A DNA stretch of 64,000 bases, taken from NCBI GenBank assembly GCA_964352445.1, contig CAYGSO010000004.1, forward strand, positions 8,312 to 72,311. The letters run 5' to 3'. Positions 48,528-58,386 of the stretch are shown one piece after another. Under the pieces are notes generated by a model. That model searched no databases. It saw only the letters and a program-made list of their open reading frames with translations, and was not told the origin of the DNA. Every line of letters starts with the position of its first letter. Position 1 is the stretch's first letter. The DNA is from an uncultured Pseudohongiella sp. (GTDB lineage Bacteria > Pseudomonadota > Gammaproteobacteria > Pseudomonadales > Pseudohongiellaceae). A program made the position numbers and the translations under genes.

Positions 48528-51500
48528 ATGCTGCAGCAAGAACGCCATCGCAAAATGCCAATGACCGTTAAACTTACCGCTGAAGTCATTCTGGTGGTGT
48601 TATTACTGGCTATTGCGCCGTTGGCATCAGGTCAGTCTATCACTGTCCTAGATTCTGATGAACCTCAATCGATTGCTGGGACCACAGAGTATTACGAAGA
48701 TAAATCAGAATCTCTAACTATAGACGATGTCTTGGCTGCGCAGTTTGCCGTCAACTTTCTTCCCAATAGTCGTGACATTCTTCACTTTGGCATTACAAGT
48801 TCCGCTTACTGGATACGGTTCGAGCTTGACTGGAGCGAATTAGAACCCGGTGCCACTCGAGTTCTAGAATTTGGCCCACCTAAATTAGTCGCCGGAATTG
48901 CCAGGGGCGGGATCCAAGTTTTCAGTGTCGATGATGCCAATCAAAGCTCCCTAATTTATACCCTTGGAACATTGACCTCAGACCGGGAAATCAAAACATT
49001 GAGTCGCGGCTTTGCCCTCGTCGTCGATGAAAGTTTTGGCAATAACTTTTACCTTAGGGTCACCAGCGCACGACCCCTAAGGCTGCCAATCACCCTTTGG
49101 CAGCCTGACCAGTTCAGCGCTAAGAGCACCAGCGCCGATCTGTTCTTGGGCCTGCAGTATGGCATCTTACTGGCGATGATTTTTTATAACTTATTTTTGT
49201 TCGTCTCAATCCGCGAGTCTAGTTATGTCTACTATGTGTTAGCAATCTCTGCCCAGGCCCTGTTTATATTTTTGGATTCCAAACACCTGCGGTATTTACT
49301 TTCCGAGATCAACAGCAGTTACTACTTGGTTGATATGGCCGAACGAAACATTTATCCGGCATTGGTCATTACAGCGCTATTGTTCCAGCGCTCCCTGTTA
49401 CGCCTGTGGGAACACAACCCCAGGCTCGACAAGCTCGTGCTAGGTTTGCTTATAGGTTTTGTAGTAGTCATTGGCTTAACTTTTGCGCCTAACGAAAAAA
49501 TATTTCAATACCTATTCGTCAGCCTTCTCATAGTGGCAATACCGGTCGCTTTCTACACTAATATCGATGCAATACGCCGTGGCAATGTGACAGCGATAGT
49601 GCATATGGCTGCAATCGGCGTGTTTCTCGCCGGCGTCATAATTCTTATGCTGCTGCAGCTTTGGCCGGCTTTTCCAAACAATCAGTTCACTACCAATGCC
49701 TATAATTTGGGCCTCATCGCACAAGCGCTACTTTTATCCCTAAGCCTGTCGTTCCGCTACAATCAAATCAAGCAAGAAAAAGAAGACGCTCAGCGTCTGG
49801 CTATTAATAATTTCATTCGCTCAGAGGAGATTAAGGACGATCTGCTCGCGAACGTATCACATGAACTGCGGACCCCGCTTTTCGGTATTAACGGCCTCGC
49901 GAAAGCGGCGCTTATTGAGTTTGATAAAGACACTCAAAACGTCGAATTAATTACCCAAAATTTGGAGCTTATTCAAACCAGCGGCGACAGACTAACTAAA
50001 CTTGTCAATGACCTTTTAGACTTCTCCAGTGCGAAAGAATCTGCGGCTTATGTTAAATTTAAACCCGTAGATCTACACAGCTTAGTAACCTTAGTTATCG
50101 CCGTTTGCAACCCTTTACTAGGGGATAAGAAAGTCATCCTGCGTAGCGATATCGACCCCGACTTGGCTTTAGTATCTGGAGACGAGGACAGGCTGCAGCA
50201 GGTTCTTGTCAACCTTACTTCCAATGCCATCAAATTCACCTATGCCGGCGAAGTTGTGATTTCTGCGAAACCTAGCTCAGATTACAACATCACAGTTTCT
50301 GTCAGAGATACCGGCATTGGCATACACAAAACTGATCACGAGACTATCTTTAAAACATTTGAAAAGCTGCCCTCACAGCAAATGAACGCAACTGGAATTG
50401 GCTTAGGACTGCCTCTGGCTAAACGCATGGTCGAGATGCATAAGAGCAAGCTTAGACTAAGCAGCGAACTCGATCTCGGGTCCGAGTTCAGTTTTGATCT
50501 TAGAATTTCCCTCGATCAAACTCGAGCTGTAAAAGACACCACTATCCAGCGCCAGATGATTCGCCGCGCTGACTACTTACAAAAAGCCAATCAGGCCAAC
50601 CCGACTCCAACACTTCGCAGCGAGCAGGAAACCACCATACTTGTGGTAGATGATGACGAAATAAACCGGGTAGTCATGGGCCAGCAGTTAGAAGAGTATA
50701 CGGTTGTGAAGTGCTCCAACGGCTTAGACGCGTTGACCTCGATCGAAGAGTCAAAACCAGACCTCGTCCTGCTAGACCTAATGATGCCAGGATTAAACGG
50801 TTATGATGTGTGCCAAAAGATAAGGCAGAAATACAATCAAATTGAGCTTCCGGTAATTCTTGTTACTGCCAAAAATCATCTTGAAGATTTAACACAGGGA
50901 TTTAAAACTGGGGCCAACGACTATTTGGCAAAACCCTTCCACAGCGAAGAGCTAAAATCGAGAGTGCAGAACCAACTCAGGCTGTCGCTTCTTCATCGCA
51001 TCAGTGAAGACAATGTGAAGCTGCGCTCTCAGATCGAAAATTATGTGGAAGCCGATAGCGAGTTACGCTCATCTCGGCTTCGCCTACAACAGGTTTTGGA
51101 AACTATTCAAGTGGGCTTTATCGCCTTTGAACTGCCCGGGAAAATATTTAGCCTAAACGAGAGAGCCGCCGAACTTCTTGGCACTGACAAAGTGTCCTTG
51201 CTTGAGAAAAGTGTTAGCTCTTTGCTGAGCGACTCAGACAGTAACGAGGCGATTCGCGAGGCAATTGTGAATTGGGAGCTAGGCGAAGAGCCATTGCAAA
51301 CCAATGCAGGCAACAGCGCTCCAGTTACTTTAGGATTCGACATCGAAGTCGTTTACCCCTACAACAATGCCAGCAAGACCAACAGCACACTCATCACGTT
51401 TTCAAGCAAGTTAAAGCTGTTTGGATCAGAAGAAGGAGTTGGCGTCCTGTTTCTTGAAGATTCTACTCCGTTAGACGCGGCTGTAAGATCAGCTACAGTG

Positions 51501-52007
51501 ATTGATACTGTTGAACTTGTTAGCGTGCTTGGTCAGGCGCAGCAAAATATTCGCCGTGTCGGCACCCGCTTAAGTGTTATGTCCCCGGATGAGCTAATAA
51601 ATCATCCCGCTATGCTCGACAAACTTTCCGGAATTGAAGAGCTGGTTGAGTACATCGACAGCGAACTGCCGAGCGTTAGCGATGAGGGTGAGTACCGCCA
51701 ACAATTAGTAACCTTGATGCGCTCGGCGCTGCATACTTGGGAAGTTACCACTCAAAAATCCAAAATTGAACTCGCTGAGGAAAGCAATATTTGGGCAGTT
51801 AGCATAGACGATGGGCGATTACGTACGCGTACTTTTGATCGCTACTTAAGATTGGAACAATTACCAAAAATACCTCGCTGGCGAGAAGTAGTACGGACAG
51901 CCTATTTCGTTTTATCCAATCCAACTATTGAGCCGGAAACACGGGTATCGCTGGAGTCAGAGCTAGCGAAGACAAAAGAGATCTTGAAAAAGGCGGCTAT
52001 TAATTAG
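48528..52007 (+). CDS. hybrid sensor histidine kinase/response regulator with 7TMR-DISMED2 + 7TMR-DISM sensor (LadS/RetS-like) and ~340-aa C-terminal extension
   Basis: Periplasmic DISMED2-like region (HFGITSSAYWIRFEL) and a 7-TM block (YGILLAMIFYNLFLF...). H-box ANVSHELRTP, an HATPase domain (DTGIGI, GIGLGLPLA) and a REC domain (ILVVDDDE...LLDLMMP...KP). The start is uncertain: GTG 48477, ATG 48528 or ATG 48555. Confidence 0.8.
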   Translation: MLQQERHRKMPMTVKLTAEVILVVLLLAIAPLASGQSITVLDSDEPQSIAGTTEYYEDKSESLTIDDVLAAQFAVNFLPNSRDILHFGITSSAYWIRFELDWSELEPGATRVLEFGPPKLVAGIARGGIQVFSVDDANQSSLIYTLGTLTSDREIKTLSRGFALVVDESFGNNFYLRVTSARPLRLPITLWQPDQFSAKSTSADLFLGLQYGILLAMIFYNLFLFVSIRESSYVYYVLAISAQALFIFLDSKHLRYLLSEINSSYYLVDMAERNIYPALVITALLFQRSLLRLWEHNPRLDKLVLGLLIGFVVVIGLTFAPNEKIFQYLFVSLLIVAIPVAFYTNIDAIRRGNVTAIVHMAAIGVFLAGVIILMLLQLWPAFPNNQFTTNAYNLGLIAQALLLSLSLSFRYNQIKQEKEDAQRLAINNFIRSEEIKDDLLANVSHELRTPLFGINGLAKAALIEFDKDTQNVELITQNLELIQTSGDRLTKLVNDLLDFSSAKESAAYVKFKPVDLHSLVTLVIAVCNPLLGDKKVILRSDIDPDLALVSGDEDRLQQVLVNLTSNAIKFTYAGEVVISAKPSSDYNITVSVRDTGIGIHKTDHETIFKTFEKLPSQQMNATGIGLGLPLAKRMVEMHKSKLRLSSELDLGSEFSFDLRISLDQTRAVKDTTIQRQMIRRADYLQKANQANPTPTLRSEQETTILVVDDDEINRVVMGQQLEEYTVVKCSNGLDALTSIEESKPDLVLLDLMMPGLNGYDVCQKIRQKYNQIELPVILVTAKNHLEDLTQGFKTGANDYLAKPFHSEELKSRVQNQLRLSLLHRISEDNVKLRSQIENYVEADSELRSSRLRLQQVLETIQVGFIAFELPGKIFSLNERAAELLGTDKVSLLEKSVSSLLSDSDSNEAIREAIVNWELGEEPLQTNAGNSAPVTLGFDIEVVYPYNNASKTNSTLITFSSKLKLFGSEEGVGVLFLEDSTPLDAAVRSATVIDTVELVSVLGQAQQNIRRVGTRLSVMSPDELINHPAMLDKLSGIEELVEYIDSELPSVSDEGEYRQQLVTLMRSALHTWEVTTQKSKIELAEESNIWAVSIDDGRLRTRTFDRYLRLEQLPKIPRWREVVRTAYFVLSNPTIEPETRVSLESELAKTKEILKKAAIN

Positions 52008-52046
52008 GCCACACTGATTTTTGTTTACTACGCCATTGAGCAACTA

Positions 52047-52901
52047 ATGTATCTAGCCCATTTCGGCCTTAGCCAGCATCCGTTTTCCCTAACGCCAAAC
52101 ACGCGATACTTTTTCAAGCTGCCGGCGCACCAAAGTGCATTTGAACAGCTTTTAAAAGCCCTAGAAGGTGATGGGAAATTTGCAGTCATCAACGGTGAAG
52201 TTGGCACTGGGAAAACGCTGTTATGCCGTAAAACTCTTCTCGCTTTGGATCCTTTCCAAGATCGTTACCTTACAGCCTACATTCCTCACCCTGTGCTTAG
52301 CGAGCAAGGCATGATGCATATGCTAAGCCAAGAACTGCAGCTGCAGCACGATGAATCACTGAGCTACAAACAGCAAATTAGACTCATATCCAATGCATTA
52401 GTGTATGAACACGAAAGAAATCGTAAAGTGATATTGTTCATAGACGAAGCTCAAGCCATGCCTGAGGAAACCCTTGCGGCCCTGAATCTGCTTACGACTC
52501 TTATCGATAGTGCGGCCAGCCTACAGATTATCTTGTTTGGCCAACCCGAGTTAAGCACATTGCTAGACCAACCGATGCTGCATCAGCTGCGCGCAAACGT
52601 CAGCTTTACCTACACTTTGCCTCCTTTGGATAGGGCTAGCGTCCAAGCCTATGTAGATTTTCGCTTAACCAAGGCTGGTTATAACGGCAGTTCCTTGTTC
52701 GTCGACAAAGCAAGCGATGCACTGTTTTTGGCCAGCGGAGGCATTCCACGATTGATCAATATTTTAAGTCACAAAGCAATGATTGCTGCATTCGGCCTTG
52801 GTGACCATACGATCACAGAAACTCATATACACCGAGCGATTAACGACACCGATTCAATCGAGCGAGAGAAATTATTAAAGCAAAGACTGTTTGGCGCCTA
52901 A
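52047..52901 (+). CDS. ExeA/MshM-like AAA+ ATPase (stand-alone)
   Basis: N-terminal FGLSQHPFSLTPNTRYFF, Walker A GEVGTGKT, Walker B ILFIDEAQ and LFGQPEL are typical of GspA/ExeA/MshM. There is no peptidoglycan-binding C-terminal part. Confidence 0.75.
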   Translation: MYLAHFGLSQHPFSLTPNTRYFFKLPAHQSAFEQLLKALEGDGKFAVINGEVGTGKTLLCRKTLLALDPFQDRYLTAYIPHPVLSEQGMMHMLSQELQLQHDESLSYKQQIRLISNALVYEHERNRKVILFIDEAQAMPEETLAALNLLTTLIDSAASLQIILFGQPELSTLLDQPMLHQLRANVSFTYTLPPLDRASVQAYVDFRLTKAGYNGSSLFVDKASDALFLASGGIPRLINILSHKAMIAAFGLGDHTITETHIHRAINDTDSIEREKLLKQRLFGA

Positions 52902-52974
52902 TCAGCGGGAGAGTGTTTGTAAGTCTGGTTTCAAGCTATATAATCATATCCCCACTCTGACGCCGAGAAGCAGT

Positions 52975-53760
52975 ATGACCGAAGAACTCTGGCAACAACT
53001 AAGACTAGAAGCGCAAAAAACCTTACAAGAGGAACCCCTATTAGCAAGCTATGTCTATGCCTGCGTCCTCAATCACAAGAGTTTAGCCTCCTCACTTAGT
53101 TTCATTCTGGCCAATAAGCTATCCGACGGTGTGATGCCCGCAGTCACCGTGCGAGAACTGTTTGATACTGCGTTTAGTGATTCGCCAGAGATCATTGAAC
53201 ACGCTAGTTGTGATATTAAGGCGGTGTTCGAGCGCGATGCTGCATGCAATTCTTACCTTTCTGTTATTCTTTTCCTGAAGGGTTTTCAGGCGATTGAGGT
53301 CCACCGCCTAGCTCACTACTTATGGCGCAAAGGCCGAGTAGATTTGGCGCTTTTTATTCAAAGCCGCAACTCAGAAGTCTTTGGTGTTGACATACACCCT
53401 GCCTGCGTCATGGGCCGCGGCATCATGTTTGATCATGCAACCGGCATAGTTATCGGCGAGACAACGGTGATCGAAGACAATGTGTCAATATTGCAACAAG
53501 TGACCCTTGGCGGAACTGGCAATGAACAAGGCGACAGACACCCTAAAATCCGTTCTGGGGTTCTTATTTCAACCGGCGCCAAAGTCTTGGGCAATATAGA
53601 GATTGGAGTAGGCGCCAAAATTGGCGCAGGCAGCGTCGTACTAAATGATGTAGCTCCCCACACCACCGTGGTCGGTGTGCCTGCTCACGTTGTCGGCAAG
53701 CCTTGCTCCGAAAACCCATCGGCAACGATGGAGCAAAATGTTTTCAACGATGGCAGCTAA
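52975..53760 (+). CDS. cysE: serine O-acetyltransferase
   Basis: N-terminal SATase helical domain and left-handed hexapeptide repeats (GVDIHPACVMGRGIMFDHATGIVIGETTVIEDNVSILQQVTLGG). ATG 52975 is preferred as the start. Confidence 0.85.
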   Translation: MTEELWQQLRLEAQKTLQEEPLLASYVYACVLNHKSLASSLSFILANKLSDGVMPAVTVRELFDTAFSDSPEIIEHASCDIKAVFERDAACNSYLSVILFLKGFQAIEVHRLAHYLWRKGRVDLALFIQSRNSEVFGVDIHPACVMGRGIMFDHATGIVIGETTVIEDNVSILQQVTLGGTGNEQGDRHPKIRSGVLISTGAKVLGNIEIGVGAKIGAGSVVLNDVAPHTTVVGVPAHVVGKPCSENPSATMEQNVFNDGS

Positions 53761-53826
53761 ATTGCCATAGTGCAAAAGCGCCGTGGACAGCCGGGTTTTA
53801 TTAATATTCTAAATGCCTAATAAATT

Positions 53827-53872
53827 AAAGCTGGCAGCCCCCATCCTCTGGGAATAGAGAACTGCCGGCTTT
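53827..53872. terminator. long hairpin between convergent cysE and phoH2 (possible bidirectional terminator)
   Basis: The arms aaagctggcag / ctgccggcttt pair over 11 bp with one G-U. An inner ctct/agag sub-stem is also present. Confidence 0.4.
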
Positions 53873-53878
53873 CAGGGT

Positions 53879-55309
53879 TTATAAATGCTCTTCGGCAAAC
53901 CGGGCCAATGCAGATCGAGGAACCCCTTGCAGCAGCACATTGCCCCCTCCTTCAAAGGACTTAAAGCGCTCGGTAAGGTAAGTTAGGCCAGAGCTTGTTG
54001 GCGTTAAATACGGCGTATCAATTTGTGCTAGGTTACCCAAGCAAATTACTTTAGAGCCATTTCCAGCCCTCGTAACTATCGTCTTTATTTGATGGGGCGT
54101 GAGATTCTGCGACTCGTCAATTATGATTAAGCTACTCTGAAACGACCGCCCGCGAATGTAGTTAAGGGACTTAAACATTAACGGCACTTTATCCAGAACA
54201 TACTCAACACTGCTGCTGCAGTTGTCATCTTCCCAATGCAGGGCTTCGAGATTGTCAGTTATGGCGCCTAGCCAAGGCTCCATTTTTTCCTCTTCGGTGC
54301 CTGGCAGAAAACCGATATCTTCATCCAAGCCTTGCGTGCTTCTGGTTACAATGATGCGTCTATAAATTTTGTTTGGCACGGTCTGCTCAATAGCCGCAGC
54401 CAGGGCTAATATGGTTTTTCCAGAACCTGCAGCACCGGTTAGATTAACCAAGTGAATATCAGGATCCATGAGCAGGTTCATCGCCATCGCTTGATGCACA
54501 TCCCTTGGTTTTAATCCCCAGGTTTCGGTTTGCAATAAATTTGCCAAATCAAGGTGAAGCAGCGTAAGAAACTCGCCGTCGATAGAGACAATGCGGCCTA
54601 AAAACTCAGCTTCATCATAGACAAATTGGTTAGGGTATACCGTTTGTGAAAACAGCGCCTTGGCAACGGTATGAAAGGTTTGGCCATTGATCTGCTGGGT
54701 CTTTACATTTTCGACTTGATCCCAAAAACTGCCTTCGAACCCGATGTAGCCAGTGTTCAGCTGTTCAATGTCGCTCAGCAGTTGATCGGTATGGTAGTCC
54801 TGTGAATCGATACCACAGCCTCGCGCTTTTAACCTGACATTTATGTCCTTTGTCACCAGCACTACTTTTCGATTTGGGTAGCGATGTTTCAGATAGCCAA
54901 CATCGTTCAGGATCTTGTTGTCGTTTAGATGTGTAGGCAGCTTGATTAAGTTGTCGGGAATTTCGGTCATTAGGACTGAAATGATGCCGCTGGAATCAGC
55001 GCCATTCATCGAGGCAATTCGCACGCCGTTTTCAACTTCGGTTGGGCTGGCTCTGCCTAAGATTCGATCAAGTTCGCGAATCGCTTGACGGCAGTCTGCT
55101 GCGATCGATTGCCTACCACTCTTTAGCGAGTCTAATTCTTCAAGCACCGTTATCGGAATGACGACATGATGTTCGTCGAAACTGTGTATGGAGGTTGGGT
55201 CGTGGATGAGGACGTTGGTGTCCAGGACGTAAAAAATAGGATCTGCTTGAGAGTGCTGATCGATTGGCTGCTGATTTGCTTCGACAAGTTTTACTTCGCT
55301 CATAGGCAA
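53879..55309 (-). CDS. PIN domain + PhoH-like ATPase fusion protein (PhoH2/YlaK type)
   Basis: N-terminal PIN (YVLDTNVLIHDP) and C-terminal PhoH P-loop (GAAGSGKT, IIIDESQN). Confidence 0.85.
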   Translation of the reverse strand: MPMSEVKLVEANQQPIDQHSQADPIFYVLDTNVLIHDPTSIHSFDEHHVVIPITVLEELDSLKSGRQSIAADCRQAIRELDRILGRASPTEVENGVRIASMNGADSSGIISVLMTEIPDNLIKLPTHLNDNKILNDVGYLKHRYPNRKVVLVTKDINVRLKARGCGIDSQDYHTDQLLSDIEQLNTGYIGFEGSFWDQVENVKTQQINGQTFHTVAKALFSQTVYPNQFVYDEAEFLGRIVSIDGEFLTLLHLDLANLLQTETWGLKPRDVHQAMAMNLLMDPDIHLVNLTGAAGSGKTILALAAAIEQTVPNKIYRRIIVTRSTQGLDEDIGFLPGTEEEKMEPWLGAITDNLEALHWEDDNCSSSVEYVLDKVPLMFKSLNYIRGRSFQSSLIIIDESQNLTPHQIKTIVTRAGNGSKVICLGNLAQIDTPYLTPTSSGLTYLTERFKSFEGGGNVLLQGVPRSALARFAEEHL

Positions 55310-55641
55310 TGAGACCTCTTGAAAATCAATGCGTCAGTGGAATAGAAAAAAAGTGATGATGCTATAGCTTAGAATTATCCTCCTACAGGGTGGTGGATTT
55401 ACACTGACTCTAGAACAAGAGCTCAGCAGCCTTACTATGACAATCGGCAGTAAGCTGGCAAACCTTTAACGCATCCAGCTACAAATTAATTGCTTAACAG
55501 AATCATAACTCAAGCTTACTAAATAAAAAAATGAAGCCGCTGCAGCAGCGCCGCGAGGGCAACCTACCGCTTGATAAAAAGTGGCCACGAAACGCGTCCA
55601 GCACCTGTCGCCGAAGCTAGCAAAACATCTCATCAGCATGT

Positions 55642-57021
55642 CTAGTAATTCGCCGCGAGGGCATAGATCAGTGTTGCATCAATCTCATGAGGAATGCCCC
55701 TCACCAGCTTTGGGCGAAAGCGAAGCGATCCTACCCTTTTTAGAAGCCTGCGCTTCTGATAGCTACTGTCTGGCAGTTCCGTAAGCGCCGTTAAGTTTTC
55801 AACTACGCCAAGTCCCACGGGCCTGCGCCCTTGCAGCAAGCGTTCGATATCGGGAAAACCACCTATATTGAACGTGAATATGGCAAACTCATTAGAGTTG
55901 ATCTCTGCCTCAGCTAAATTAACCGGTTGTTGAACATAGGGAAATGCCTCAGACCATTCTGAGAAAAACAGCTGAACTTGAGTGCTGGATTCTGGCTCAA
56001 GGCTACTAAGCGCGGGACTAATGCCCGCAGCTTGACCCTCAAGGGCGTGACTTAGAGAAGTAAAAAATTGCGGTTCGGGCAGTATTCTGGGGGTCGCAAA
56101 AAATTGTTCTATTAATTGGGTATCTACATTTGCCGCCAGTAAATTTTCATAAGCTTGGCTGTAAGCAGCTAAAGCCGCCTCATTTTGATTGAACAGGTTC
56201 AACCAATCAGCAAGATACAAATCTGTCATGGCCATAGCTTCTGCATCAAACGCGGCATCAGAAGAGTAGACAGCTTTTAGCCGCGCGATCAGATCAGTGC
56301 CAACCAGCAAATAGTATTGCCTCATCTCCGAGACCTCGCGGATCCAATTGGAGCCTGGTACCACAGTGCGTAATTCTATCCCTGTTCTTCCATCAAAACT
56401 TATCGCCGCATATTCCAAACTAAACTGGCTCAGCACTCGATAGATCAGCGGCACCATCCGAGGGTCATGTTCGCCCCAAAGTGCTTCGCCAATTGAGAGG
56501 GCTATTCGGTTGCTCGCAGAGACTCTGGAAAAATGAAAGCCTTGATACTCGGAGGAGTCTTGAGATATGCCACGCAAATGCGCATCAGAAAGCTTCGTGA
56601 TGCCGTCTAAGAGCTCTTGGGAGACAATCTGTTGCTCCCGTGAGTAAAGATAAACTAAATGAGCTAATTGCGCTCGAGCGTCCTCCCAGTGTCCTTGGTC
56701 AATCAGGTTGTCTATCTTCTTGTGGAGTAAAGGGTGCTGAGCGCGAGTAAACAGACCTTGATTAATACGTACAATTTGCATTGCACGATCTAGGGTCCGA
56801 TGGGCCAGCTCTAATTCACCAAACCCGATTTGCTGATCCGCAAGTGCACTAAGTGGCTCGACTAAACTCATGTCGTAGGCCGAGACTCGGCTCTGCAACT
56901 CGGTCACAGCCGTCTGGGCAAGCGCTAAAGATTCTGGGTTGGCAGTACTGGACTGAGCAAGGCCATTAGCAGCCGCTAATAAGGAGCTGCCTAAAAAAGC
57001 AAAGATCAATGTCGCTTTCAT
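55642..57021 (-). CDS. secreted hypothetical protein (helical repeat/TPR-like N-terminal half)
   Basis: 459-aa ORF with a signal peptide (MKATLIFAFLGSSLLAAANGLAQ). I recognise no catalytic motif. Confidence 0.5.
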   Translation of the reverse strand: MKATLIFAFLGSSLLAAANGLAQSSTANPESLALAQTAVTELQSRVSAYDMSLVEPLSALADQQIGFGELELAHRTLDRAMQIVRINQGLFTRAQHPLLHKKIDNLIDQGHWEDARAQLAHLVYLYSREQQIVSQELLDGITKLSDAHLRGISQDSSEYQGFHFSRVSASNRIALSIGEALWGEHDPRMVPLIYRVLSQFSLEYAAISFDGRTGIELRTVVPGSNWIREVSEMRQYYLLVGTDLIARLKAVYSSDAAFDAEAMAMTDLYLADWLNLFNQNEAALAAYSQAYENLLAANVDTQLIEQFFATPRILPEPQFFTSLSHALEGQAAGISPALSSLEPESSTQVQLFFSEWSEAFPYVQQPVNLAEAEINSNEFAIFTFNIGGFPDIERLLQGRRPVGLGVVENLTALTELPDSSYQKRRLLKRVGSLRFRPKLVRGIPHEIDATLIYALAANY

Positions 57022-57527
57022 TTCAACTCCATCAAACCGCGGGAGAAAATCTTAGCTATTAAACGCTGAAGTTAGCGTACTTTAGTTATTCAAGTTTGGT
57101 CAAACTGGTTTTTAAAAAGGTTTTAACACCCTGACCGCACTGCTGCAAAAGAGCAAATTAAGCTGCAGCCGTTTTAAGATTACACGACAGGCCAGTCCGG
57201 GGCCATTGCCGCCCCTTAAATCTGCCACAGGGTTGCGCTATGGGTAATGACTAGTACGTCAGATTACGCGAAAAAGGATTACGACCTGCCCCCCATTCAA
57301 TTCAAACTATCTAAAAAAATCTCTAGCAGGGGCATAACTGAACAAGCCATCTGAACTCTTTTACTCATAGGGCATAACTGCTGCGGCAAGCGCTTAGTCG
57401 TGTATGCTGACCTGGGTCAAAACCCAGCTAAATTTTGCTAGACACTGGGGTTTCAAGCACTATGGGCTTAAACATTCGGGCTTCAAACATTGCAGGGTCG
57501 CGGCCAAGCCAGCAACCTAAATCAGAT

Positions 57528-57698
57528 TCAAAATACCAGGGGATTATTAAAAAACTTGAATGAGCCATAGGCTAATTCAAGTAATTCGACTGTAGAGATA
57601 AGCTCTATAACCCAATGGCTGACCACCCCTAACAGAATCACCGCTGATGCGGTGATCGCAGCAAGCTCTCTATCACCTAAATTTTTTAATTTCGACAT
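57528..57698 (-). CDS. possible 56-aa single-TM protein (below the ORF-track cutoff)
   Basis: ATG at 57698, stop at 57528: MSKLKNLGDRELAAITASAVILLGVVSHWVIELIS... It starts 24 nt downstream of the stop of 57723..58310. ORF and position are the only support. Confidence 0.3.
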   Translation of the reverse strand: MSKLKNLGDRELAAITASAVILLGVVSHWVIELISTVELLELAYGSFKFFNNPLVF

Positions 57699-57722
57699 CA
57701 TTTTGCTCCGTATTGGCCGCCC

Positions 57723-58310
57723 TTAGCTAAAGCCGATCCAGCGGCCTGTTGCTGCGACAGTAAACCAAACTAGTAGTGAAGTAATTGCCATGAGACGAAT
57801 GGTCCACGGGTTGATTTCGCTGTGGGAAACCCCGCTAAGCAATGGCTGCTTAATAAAAATCATAAATGCTGCGCCGGATATCAACACCAACATTTTTATC
57901 CAAAATACCTGCATATAGTAGACTTTATCCGCCACACCGGCCGCGCAAAAGATGCCGGTGAGTATTGATACAAGCAGCGCGACCTTAAAGGTTTTATAGG
58001 TGCCAGCCACGATTACCTCTGACGGTATATCGCGCAAAACCACATTAAGCAGGCGCAGGTCTGTGGCTAATACAATCCCGCCTATGGTCGCCATTGAAAT
58101 AAGGTGCATAGCCTCTACAGTGGCATAAACAGAGCCGTAGGTTGTGCCAATTACGCCGATGGGTGTTGAGTACTTTATCCATTCAAAAGCAGGCAAAAGA
58201 CTCGGATATATAGCGCTTCTTACTTGAAATAATTCCAATAAAAGAACGATAAGCAACACGGCAACCACGGTAGCGGTTGCTCTGTACTGATTTAAAATTG
58301 TGCTGATCAT
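57723..58310 (-). CDS. polytopic membrane protein of unknown function (family shared with 1313..1705, 1714..2220, 58387..59004)
   Basis: About six TM helices. Motifs VEAMHLISMATIGGIVLATDLRLLN and a C-terminal ATGRWIGF. Confidence 0.6.
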   Translation of the reverse strand: MISTILNQYRATATVVAVLLIVLLLELFQVRSAIYPSLLPAFEWIKYSTPIGVIGTTYGSVYATVEAMHLISMATIGGIVLATDLRLLNVVLRDIPSEVIVAGTYKTFKVALLVSILTGIFCAAGVADKVYYMQVFWIKMLVLISGAAFMIFIKQPLLSGVSHSEINPWTIRLMAITSLLVWFTVAATGRWIGFS

Positions 58311-58386
58311 GCAAACTCCTAACTGTTTTGTTTAGACGCCAGTAGCACGCTTAATTGTAATCAAGGCCGCGGTATCTGTGAACGGC

